Virus record (IMG/VR): IMGVR_UViG_3300009964_000014
Location: 1-40,210 of that record
DNA: 40,210 nucleotides
Strand: one strand, 5' to 3'
Source of the DNA: a virus
Of the stretch, positions 7,892-15,084 are shown piece after piece (positions within the stretch are counted from its first letter, which is position 1; every line of letters begins with the position of its first letter). The notes under the pieces were generated by a model. The model was not told where the DNA came from. It was given only the letters and a program-made list of their open reading frames with translations, and ran no database searches. The translations under genes and the position numbers were made by a program.

Positions 7892-8804
7892 CAACAGAGA
7901 TATAGCAAAGAAACACGCAGAATTTATAACAGGCAAAGAATTAAGATTATATGTAGCAAATAAAGTGAAACAGTATGTAGGAGATAATCCAACAGTTTTT
8001 GATGGTGCTATAGGTAGCGGACAATTAGAACAATACATTAAACCTAAACATTTAATAGGTGTAGAAATTCAAAAAGCTTCTTGTGATACATTCGAAAAGA
8101 ACAGCGAGTTATTTCCAAGTAGAGAAATATATAACATGAGTTTCTTTAACTTTAAAGAAGATGTTAAAGCGGACTGCGTAGTTATGAATCCTCCGTTTTC
8201 GTTGAAGTTAAAAGAGTTGCCAGAACAAGATATAAAGAATATACAACAAGAGTACGAGTGGAAAAAGAGCGGTGTTGTTGATGATATATTTATTTTGAAA
8301 TCATTAAACTATACAGATAAGTTTGCTTTTCATATATGTTTTCCTGGTATTGCTTATAGGAAGACTGAACAAAAGATGAGGGATCTAATAGGTAACAGAC
8401 TAGTAGAACTTAATCTAATAGAGGGAGCTTTTGAAGATACATCTATATCTGTTCTGATGTTGATAATTGCAAAAGACGGAGAATATTCGAAAGTACACAA
8501 AGAAATATATAACTGTACTAAACAAGAAGTTATATATCAAGAACTTTGCACTAATCCAGAGGACAAATGGACGACACCGAGTAAACCAGTAGAAAGAGAA
8601 ATAGTCGATATAGATGAGATAAATAACGGCTTAGATAATTTAGTTTTAAGTAGGTTAGATAATCATTTAAAGATAACACTAGGATTAATCAGAGAGTTTC
8701 ATGCGGATATAGATTATTTAGGATTTATCAACAAAGTTGAAAGTCTTTGCCAAGAGTATAGACTAGCTTACAACTTCGGTGTAAATACATTTAGAAAATA
8801 TTAA
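7878..8804 (+). CDS. N6-adenine DNA methyltransferase (orphan)
   Basis: AdoMet motif FDGAIGSGQL and catalytic motif VVMNPPFS (NPPF). No nuclease partner is nearby. TTG start after GAGGT. Confidence 0.8.
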   Translation: MIEHNNRDIAKKHAEFITGKELRLYVANKVKQYVGDNPTVFDGAIGSGQLEQYIKPKHLIGVEIQKASCDTFEKNSELFPSREIYNMSFFNFKEDVKADCVVMNPPFSLKLKELPEQDIKNIQQEYEWKKSGVVDDIFILKSLNYTDKFAFHICFPGIAYRKTEQKMRDLIGNRLVELNLIEGAFEDTSISVLMLIIAKDGEYSKVHKEIYNCTKQEVIYQELCTNPEDKWTTPSKPVEREIVDIDEINNGLDNLVLSRLDNHLKITLGLIREFHADIDYLGFINKVESLCQEYRLAYNFGVNTFRKY

Positions 8805-8840
8805 AGAGAAAAAGTATTGATAAATAAGGAGCATTAAAAA

Positions 8841-9167
8841 ATGAAAGATAAGAGTTTAAAAGAGTTACAAAAGAAAATAGTAGGTAAGAAGATTCACGAC
8901 ATAAGAATTAATCTAGGACTAACGCTTGAAAAGTTCGGAGAGTTAGTTAATGCTAAAAAATCAGATGTTTACAGATGGGAAAAAGGATACCACTTACCTA
9001 ATAAGAAGAGGCTTAAAATAATCGCTATGAAAGGAGGTGTAGACGTAACACAGCTTTTACAAGGCGGCGGACAAGAAGCAATTAAAGATATAATTGAAAT
9101 ATTTAAGAGTTTAAAGAGAGAAGAAAAAGAAGATTGTTTAACTAAATTGTTAAACTTAGGTCTTTAA
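8841..9167 (+). CDS. XRE-family HTH protein
   Basis: LTLEKFGELVNAKKSDVYRWEKG. Confidence 0.65.
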   Translation: MKDKSLKELQKKIVGKKIHDIRINLGLTLEKFGELVNAKKSDVYRWEKGYHLPNKKRLKIIAMKGGVDVTQLLQGGGQEAIKDIIEIFKSLKREEKEDCLTKLLNLGL

Positions 9168-9210
9168 CATTTTCAATAAAAATCAAAATTCAAAAACAAA
9201 GGAGAAATTA

Positions 9211-9411
9211 ATGCTAGATAACTTAAAAAAAGTAGTACAAATAGAAACAACAGAGGGAATGCTTGCAAACGATATAAACGAGTTTGTGCAAGACAGTAAT
9301 ATTGATGAGATTGGACTAGATACAGCAACTGAAAAAGTGTTAGAAGTCAAGATTTTAGACAGCATTCATGAAAATAAAAAAGTGTTATTAATTTTTGTAG
9401 GTAACAAGTAG
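9211..9411 (+). CDS. Hypothetical small protein (possibly Cse60-like)
   Basis: ORF with a AAGGAG RBS. The similarity to Cse60 is only a recollection. Confidence 0.4.
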   Translation: MLDNLKKVVQIETTEGMLANDINEFVQDSNIDEIGLDTATEKVLEVKILDSIHENKKVLLIFVGNK

Positions 9412-9418
9412 TGTTAAT

Positions 9419-9449
9419 AAGGCTTGTTTTGAAAATCAATTCAAGCCTT
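9419..9449 (+). other. Stem-loop AAGGCTTG...CAAGCCTT
   Basis: 8-bp inverted repeat read directly. No T-run follows, so it is not called a terminator. Confidence 0.4.
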
Positions 9450-9481
9450 AAAAATAAATTAAGATAAGGAGTTTTTAAGAT

Positions 9482-9862
9482 ATGTTACAACCTAGAATTT
9501 TTTCAGACCATAATAGAGAGGTATTCAATATCGAGCAACTACCTATAGAAAATACAGGGCTTAAAGATGGAAACGGAACAGATATTCATACTGGAGATAT
9601 CGTAGACTATATATATAAACATAAAGACGTTGGCACACTTAGAGGTTTAATAATTAGAAACCAGCAAGGTTGGTATTATATTGAATTGTATGTGATTAAT
9701 AACCGCATGGATGAAGTTTGTAAAAAAATAGATAAAATGCTTTGTTCAAAGATTAAATATGAAAACCCTAATATTAGAATCTGGTTAAATGTTACAACAA
9801 AGGATGGATGTGTTGTAATTGGTAATATACACGAGAATAAGGAGTTGTTAGAAATATGTTAG
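9482..9862 (+). CDS. YopX-family protein
   Basis: TGLKDGNGTDIHTGDIV and the C-terminal VIGNIHENKELLE are the YopX signature. Confidence 0.75.
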   Translation: MLQPRIFSDHNREVFNIEQLPIENTGLKDGNGTDIHTGDIVDYIYKHKDVGTLRGLIIRNQQGWYYIELYVINNRMDEVCKKIDKMLCSKIKYENPNIRIWLNVTTKDGCVVIGNIHENKELLEIC

Positions 9863-10101
9863 AAAGTAGAATTACAGAAATTAAAAAGTTTGTTGAATTT
9901 CCTAGAGATAATGGACTTAGAATGTTTGTTGATGTTGATACTATTGCAACAGTTTTAGGGGATGAAGAGGGTACAACAATATTTACGCTAGATTCAGTAG
10001 TACCTTTTAGTTTAGATTTACCAGTCTTAGAAGTGATGAAGATTATAGAAGGCGCTAGAAAGATTTATATACATGATTTAACGGAGAAAGAAAATGAATA
10101 A
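9856..10101 (+). CDS. Hypothetical protein
   Basis: ORF track entry with overlapping start and stop. Confidence 0.45.
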   Translation: MLESRITEIKKFVEFPRDNGLRMFVDVDTIATVLGDEEGTTIFTLDSVVPFSLDLPVLEVMKIIEGARKIYIHDLTEKENE

Positions 10102-10285
10102 ACCTAACACAACAGAAGAAGCTGTAGAAGAATTAAAGAATACAATAAAAAAAGAAATTATAGAGTCTACAGTTTCGTTTTGTAATAAATATATTAGTTT
10201 GAGAGCGAAAATAATTTTATCGATTGCAGCAACGATATATATGTTTGGACTGCTTATGTATAGTTTATATCAACTAATAAATTAA
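10094..10285 (+). CDS. Small membrane protein
   Basis: C-terminal TM segment IILSIAATIYMFGLLMYSLY. Confidence 0.45.
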   Translation: MNKPNTTEEAVEELKNTIKKEIIESTVSFCNKYISLRAKIILSIAATIYMFGLLMYSLYQLIN

Positions 10286-10302
10286 GATACAGGAGAAAAA
10301 CA

Positions 10303-10806
10303 ATGAATAAAGAAGAACTATTAAAAGAATACGATGAAAAAGCAAAAGCGTTAAGAGATGAGTTTATAAGTAAGTTAAAAGACGATAAGAAAAAATTTGA
10401 AGTTAAGCTGCCTGATATGTACGATACTTTATATTATATAGATGATATATGCAGTGAAGTTTATATAACAAATTTTGTTTCTTCTGCAAGGGATAAAGAT
10501 AGATATTTAAGAGGTTTTTATTTCAACACTAAAGAAGAAGCTGAACAACATTTAAAAGAACGAAGACTATTATTCAAACTACATCAATGGGCTAAGTTAA
10601 AAAATGAAGGTTGGGAGCCTGATTGGAGTAACGACGATGAGGAGAAATATTTTATAACTTATTATAAATGTGAAAGTATAGAGTTATCATGGGAGATATC
10701 GTGGGGCATGAAAAAATTCACTAAACTACCTTACTTCAAAACAAGCGAAATAACACAAGAGTGTATAGAACTTTTCGGAGAAGAAATTAAAGAGGTGTTG
10801 TGTTAA
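10303..10806 (+). CDS. Hypothetical phage protein
   Basis: ORF with an AGGAG RBS. Confidence 0.5.
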   Translation: MNKEELLKEYDEKAKALRDEFISKLKDDKKKFEVKLPDMYDTLYYIDDICSEVYITNFVSSARDKDRYLRGFYFNTKEEAEQHLKERRLLFKLHQWAKLKNEGWEPDWSNDDEEKYFITYYKCESIELSWEISWGMKKFTKLPYFKTSEITQECIELFGEEIKEVLC

Positions 10807-11249
10807 TGAAAGAATATCCAGAGAATATAGTATTAACTTTTAATCATGACTACGAGACGCAAAACTGGATTCTTGAGGAAAGTAAGTCAACAAAGGATAA
10901 GCTGCAGTTTTATGGATATGATGCAAATTTATATCCGTTAATCGACTTATCAAAGACTAGCGAAGAGAATCAAAAAGACGTAATAGAAAAAGTTAAAAAG
11001 TTATTTAAAAAAGATAATATAGAGATATGGTTAGACGACATAAAAATTAAAACTAAAAAAGGAACAGCGACTATAAGATTAAAAGCTAGATTGAATGAAA
11101 ATAAAGAAATAGAACTAGATTCAGACTTTGCAACAAAGTTAAATGAAGTATATCAAGAATCAAGAGCAATAGGAACACTTGAGTTTTTAGAAGAGTTAGA
11201 GAAAACAAAAGTAATAATTGATGTAGCGGAGGAATTATGGACGATTTAA
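10806..11249 (+). CDS. Hypothetical protein
   Basis: ATG 10806 overlaps the previous stop (TAATG), 8 nt after AGAGGTG. The track start GTG 10800 is less likely. Confidence 0.5.
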   Translation: MKEYPENIVLTFNHDYETQNWILEESKSTKDKLQFYGYDANLYPLIDLSKTSEENQKDVIEKVKKLFKKDNIEIWLDDIKIKTKKGTATIRLKARLNENKEIELDSDFATKLNEVYQESRAIGTLEFLEELEKTKVIIDVAEELWTI

Positions 11250-11575
11250 TAAAAAAAGTAGTAGAGAAATTAAGTTTAAGTGTTGATAAAGCCCCAGAAG
11301 TCTATGAACATTTAAAAATGCAGTTTGTAGTTTATGATATATGCAATTTTTTCTTATATACACTAGCAATAGCGATTGTTTTTATTGCGTTTGGTTTATG
11401 GATGAGTTTCATGTCATTAGATTGTTCATATAAAAGAGATGAAAGCGCATTTTATAAAAAGGTGATTAAATACTTATTAATTACTTTAGTAATTTTAATA
11501 GTAATTACAAGTTGTGTTTACGTTTACAGAAATTTGCACACACAAGATATAGTATTCTTAAAAGAAATTTTATAG
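11237..11575 (+). CDS. Membrane protein (2-3 TM segments)
   Basis: Hydrophobic stretches ICNFFLYTLAIAIVFIAFGLWMSF and YLLITLVILIVITSCVYV. Confidence 0.5.
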   Translation: MDDLIKKVVEKLSLSVDKAPEVYEHLKMQFVVYDICNFFLYTLAIAIVFIAFGLWMSFMSLDCSYKRDESAFYKKVIKYLLITLVILIVITSCVYVYRNLHTQDIVFLKEIL

Positions 11576-11586
11576 GAGGTTAAAGA

Positions 11587-11823
11587 ATGAAGTTAGAAAA
11601 CTTAGAGAAAGTATCTAGTTTAAAAGAACAGCTAGAGAAATATGAGGAAATGCTCGACATAATGCTAACATCTAATTATTGCATACTTGCTATAGAAGAT
11701 GCGAAGACTAGAAGAAGAATGAGCGATGTTATTAACGAGGAAAAAGACGAGTTAAAACGTATCTATCACAAGAAGAGAGATGAAGTAATTAGCGAGTTGA
11801 AAGAGTTAGGAGTAGAAGTATAA
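11587..11823 (+). CDS. Hypothetical coiled-coil protein
   Basis: ORF with an AGGAGG RBS. Confidence 0.5.
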   Translation: MKLENLEKVSSLKEQLEKYEEMLDIMLTSNYCILAIEDAKTRRRMSDVINEEKDELKRIYHKKRDEVISELKELGVEV

Positions 11824-12059
11824 TGAAAATGTTTCTGAACTACATTGTTAACTTGATACTAAAGACTTTTTATAAAAAGAAATACTATGAAAGAAGTCCA
11901 AGTAAAGCTATAGTGCCATATATGAATAAAAATAAAATACAAGTTCATGATCATAAATTTGAAGAGTTGTTAGCAACGAAAAAATTAACGATAGAGAAAA
12001 TAAGTGCTAAAAATTTAAAAGTAGAAAGGTTAGAGGATATAAAAGAATGGAATCTTTAG
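11823..12059 (+). CDS. Hypothetical protein
   Basis: ORF track entry. The start overlaps the previous stop (TAATG). Confidence 0.45.
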   Translation: MKMFLNYIVNLILKTFYKKKYYERSPSKAIVPYMNKNKIQVHDHKFEELLATKKLTIEKISAKNLKVERLEDIKEWNL

Positions 12060-12433
12060 AAAAACTTAAACAAGTATTATTGTATAAAGAGATAGCAAAA
12101 GTTAACGAAGATACGTTAACTTTAAAAGATGGAACGAAAGTCAAGTTCTATATGTCCGATAATGATTGTTGAGCGGTTGCTTATGGTGATTGGAAGTTAT
12201 CAGAAAATTTTGAAGGGGTAATAACTGATGTTCAATTTAGACATGATAAAGAAGTTTTCTACGACGAGAACGTAAACAAGCTGTATATAACAGTATTCCA
12301 TAACCAAAACGAGATAGCGCAAGCAGAGTGCCACGCAGATAACGGAAACGGTTATTATTTCTCTGTTTTGTCTGTGAGAGTTACAAACATTGACGGAAAG
12401 AAAATTGATGATTTTACAATATTAGAAGGATAA
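12047..12433 (+). pseudogene. 128-codon phage ORF interrupted by one in-frame TGA (12170..12172); nonsense pseudogene or recoded (Sec?) gene
   Basis: Hand translation gives MESLEKLKQVLLYKEIAKVNEDTLTLKDGTKVKFYMSDNDC-TGA-AVAYGDWKLSENFEGVITDVQFRHDKEVFYDENVNKLYITVFHNQNEIAQAECHADNGNGYYFSVLSVRVTNIDGKKIDDFTILEG-TAA. The 86 codons after the TGA are open and have no start codon of their own. Confidence 0.6.
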
Positions 12434-12455
12434 GAAAAGAAAGGATAAAGAATAA

Positions 12456-13793
12456 ATGAAGAAAATATTATTTACAATTACAACATTACTAATGATTCTA
12501 TTTTTTGGAGGATATGCAACAGCAACAGAGATTAAAGTTGATAAGCCAGAAGTAAAAGTTACAACAAGCGGAGATAGGTTTAGCCCAGTTACAGTAGAGT
12601 ACAAGACTAAATTTAGCGATGATTTAAAGATTAATAGTGGAGATAAAGTAGTATTTAATCTACCACAAGAATTAAACCTACAAACAAGCTATAATTTTGA
12701 TGTAAACAGCGCAGAGGGGGCAGTAGTAGGGAAAGCAACGGCAAGCGTAGAGAATAACAACGTTACAACAGTATTTAATGATTATTTCGCTAACAAACCA
12801 TTAAATAAGAGTATGCAGCTTTCATTAATGACAGTATGGAATAAAGAGAAAGTTACAGGAACAGAGACAACAACTTATGATTTAAACTTTAACGGAACTA
12901 TTGTGAGTACGAAAGTTGATAAAGATGGAGTACCAGACCCACAAGAGATAGTTACTAAATGGGGTACACAAGACGGAAACATAATAAAATGGGCAGGACG
13001 TGTTAATTACAAAAAAGCTAACCTAACAAACGCAGTAATAACTGATAAATGGGACGATAACCAAGAATATGTAGAGGGAAGTTTAAAAGCTAGAATTTTA
13101 TCAAGCATAAGCCCGTGGACAAAAATTGGAGAAGTAGCAAAAGAGAACATTGAATTTAATTCAAATGGATTCACTATTAAACTACCAGCATTAAATGAAA
13201 TTGTATCACTAGAATACTCAACAAAAGTTAAAGATTTAAGTAAGAATCCAACAAATAATTTACGTATTCAAGCGGATAATAATGTAGATTGGGATAAAGA
13301 TGTAGAGGTACAAATCGCAAAAGGTACTGGGAACGTAGAGGGAGAGAACAAACCTAAACCAGTATTTGAAATTCCAAACGATGCTCCTAAATACGAAAAG
13401 CCAGAACTTAACATTGATGATATACCATTAATGCCACCAGCTCCGATTGTTGAAAAGCCTTATCTTGATTTAAAAGATATACCATTATTACCTCCTGCAC
13501 CAGTTGTAGAGAAGCCATACATTGATATTAATGATATACCTATGATGCCACCTGCTCCAGTATTAGAATTACCAGAACTTAAGATTCCAGAGCAGCCAAA
13601 AGAAGTTGAAAAGCCAAAAGCAAAAGAAGTAACTAAAGTTGTTAAGGAAGTTAAGAAAGAAAGTAAACAAACTAAACAAACTAATCAAGTTAAGAAATTA
13701 GCTGCAACAGGAACAACAAGTAAAGATTTAACTTTCTTAGTTGTAGGAGTATTAGCGCTGGTATTAGTATTAAATCGCAAGAGAGTTAAATAA
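12456..13793 (+). CDS. Cell-wall-anchored Cna/MSCRAMM-like adhesin (signal peptide, collagen-binding-type A domain, Pro-rich repeats, LAATG sorting signal)
   Basis: Signal peptide MKKILFTITTLLMILFFGGYATA. GDKVVFNLPQEL...VTTVFNDYF resembles the Cna A region. The C-terminus is LAATG, then the hydrophobic LTFLVVGVLALVLVL, then the basic tail NRKRVK. Confidence 0.8.
   Translation: MKKILFTITTLLMILFFGGYATATEIKVDKPEVKVTTSGDRFSPVTVEYKTKFSDDLKINSGDKVVFNLPQELNLQTSYNFDVNSAEGAVVGKATASVENNNVTTVFNDYFANKPLNKSMQLSLMTVWNKEKVTGTETTTYDLNFNGTIVSTKVDKDGVPDPQEIVTKWGTQDGNIIKWAGRVNYKKANLTNAVITDKWDDNQEYVEGSLKARILSSISPWTKIGEVAKENIEFNSNGFTIKLPALNEIVSLEYSTKVKDLSKNPTNNLRIQADNNVDWDKDVEVQIAKGTGNVEGENKPKPVFEIPNDAPKYEKPELNIDDIPLMPPAPIVEKPYLDLKDIPLLPPAPVVEKPYIDINDIPMMPPAPVLELPELKIPEQPKEVEKPKAKEVTKVVKEVKKESKQTKQTNQVKKLAATGTTSKDLTFLVVGVLALVLVLNRKRVK
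13398..13568 (+). repeat. Three tandem 57-bp (19-aa) repeats, KP(E/Y)L(N/D)I.DIP(L/M)(M/L)PPAP.VE
   Basis: Units lie at 13398..13454, 13455..13511 and 13512..13568, with a degenerate fourth unit after them. Read from the translation and the DNA. Confidence 0.85.
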
Positions 13794-13812
13794 GATTAAA
13801 AGAGGATAGTAT

Positions 13813-14256
13813 ATGAGAACAAAGGAAGAAAAGAGAGCAAATTGGAAGATTCATTATTTAAGTAGAATTAATTACTTACAAGGCTTGATTGAAAGCAAGA
13901 ACAACACATTAAAAACTATTGAGTATAGAAAATCACAAGTTAAAGCTATTGATTATGCTAAAGAGCAAATCAAAGGCGGGAACAAATCAAGCTGGGAAGC
14001 TCTGATAGATAAAACAGATGAGTGCAAAGAATACATCATTCAAAAAAACATAGAATTACATGATTCGATCTTAGAAATAATGAAAGTAATTGACAATGTT
14101 AAAAATGATGAATATAGATTATTGTTAAGTATGAGATATATAGAATGTAAGAAGTGGGATGAGATTGAAACTAGGTTAGATATTAGCACAAATACCAGAG
14201 CTAACAAGCACACGGCAGCATTGAAATATATTCATTTACCAAGAACTCAACAATAA
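13813..14256 (+). CDS. Late-gene transcriptional regulator (ArpU/RinA/sigma-region-4-like)
   Basis: It sits immediately upstream of terS. The C-terminal LLLSMRYIECKKWDEIETRLDISTNTRANKHTAALKYI looks like a sigma region 4 HTH. Confidence 0.6.
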   Translation: MRTKEEKRANWKIHYLSRINYLQGLIESKNNTLKTIEYRKSQVKAIDYAKEQIKGGNKSSWEALIDKTDECKEYIIQKNIELHDSILEIMKVIDNVKNDEYRLLLSMRYIECKKWDEIETRLDISTNTRANKHTAALKYIHLPRTQQ

Positions 14257-14280
14257 GTATTAATAAGTATAAATAAGTAT
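14252..14280 (+). promoter_or_regulatory. Three 10-bp-phased direct repeats AATAAGTAT, plus a fourth partial copy CAAGTAT ending at 14300
   Basis: Copies lie at 14252..14260, 14262..14270 and 14272..14280. They begin at the stop codon of the late regulator gene. Confidence 0.5.
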
Positions 14281-14309
14281 AAAGAGGTACACACAAGTAT
14301 ATTTGAATT

Positions 14310-14318
14310 TGATATAAT
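14310..14318 (+). promoter_or_regulatory. Extended -10 element TGATATAAT (candidate late promoter)
   Basis: Exact TGnTATAAT match with no good -35, as expected for an activator-dependent or extended -10 promoter. Confidence 0.4.
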
Positions 14319-14620
14319 ATAAATGTAAGAGTTAACAGGGAAGGTTAACAAATGGTATTTAGTCATAATATCGTGTTTGAGCGATAAAACTTTCCTTTCA
14401 GATTAATATTTTTTAAAACATAATTACTAACAAAATTATATATATGATAAATAGGCAAAACGTTCTCTGTTAGCTACTTGCAAAATTGAAGATTATTACT
14501 TCTATTCATAATGAAAAACTCTTTATTTTAATTTTATTTTTTAATACTTCAGGTAATCATTAAAAAATTATTTACAACGCGACATACCTTTAATATTTTT
14601 TTAATTTTTTTATACGAAGA

Positions 14621-14650
14621 AAAAGCACTGTAAAATGTGCTTTTTTTATT
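14621..14650 (+). terminator. Intrinsic terminator about 24 nt upstream of the terS start
   Basis: AAAAGCAC-TGTAAAAT-GTGCTTTT followed by a T-run. The A-tract before it makes it potentially bidirectional. Confidence 0.65.
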
Positions 14651-14673
14651 TTATCAAGAAAGGGGGCGATAAA

Positions 14674-15084
14674 ATGGCAAAGTATGACGACTGGTTAACG
14701 GAAGAAGGTTTAACAGTTATAGAAGGTTGGGCAAGAGATGGCTTAACTGATAAACAAATAGCTCAAAATATGGGAATAGGTTACACTACTTTCAAAGAGT
14801 GGAAGAAACGCTTTGAGGCTTTTTCGTCCTCCCTAAAAAAAGGAAAGGAAGTAGTAGACAGGCAAGTAGAGAACGCATTATTTAAGAGCGCAGTAGGTTT
14901 TCATTATACAGAAGAGACTGTAACTAATGCAGGAGCTGTAGTAACTGTAACTAAATACAGTAAGCCAAACACAACAGCCCAGATATTTTGGTTGAAGAAT
15001 CGTAAAGCAGCATGGAGCGACCAGAAAGACAACGCAGCAGCACCAGAGCCTGTAATAATCGTTGATAGTTGGGATGATGATTAA
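14674..15084 (+). CDS. terS: Terminase small subunit
   Basis: MAKYDDWLTEEGL..GWARDGLTDKQIAQNMGIGYTTFKEWKK (HTH) and IFWLKNRK. ATG 14674 follows AGGGGG. The track extension to 14635 runs through the terminator hairpin and is rejected. Confidence 0.8.
   Translation: MAKYDDWLTEEGLTVIEGWARDGLTDKQIAQNMGIGYTTFKEWKKRFEAFSSSLKKGKEVVDRQVENALFKSAVGFHYTEETVTNAGAVVTVTKYSKPNTTAQIFWLKNRKAAWSDQKDNAAAPEPVIIVDSWDDD

Noticed and set aside
12170-12172. Genome-wide stop-codon reassignment (TGA as sense, genetic codes 4 or 25) as the explanation for the in-frame TGA
   Set aside because: All other genes are intact under the standard code, and TGA is used as a genuine terminator elsewhere, for example at the end of 1280..1456. 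Recoded phages show many in-frame stops, and here there is only one.
14635-14673. N-terminal extensions of terS (start 14635) and of the holin (start 35848) given in the ORF track
   Set aside because: The terS extension is encoded by the terminator hairpin and has no RBS, whereas ATG 14674 follows AGGGGG. The holin extension overlaps the fibre gene in another frame, whereas ATG 36004 follows AAGGAGG and yields the canonical MINWKVRFKNK holin start.
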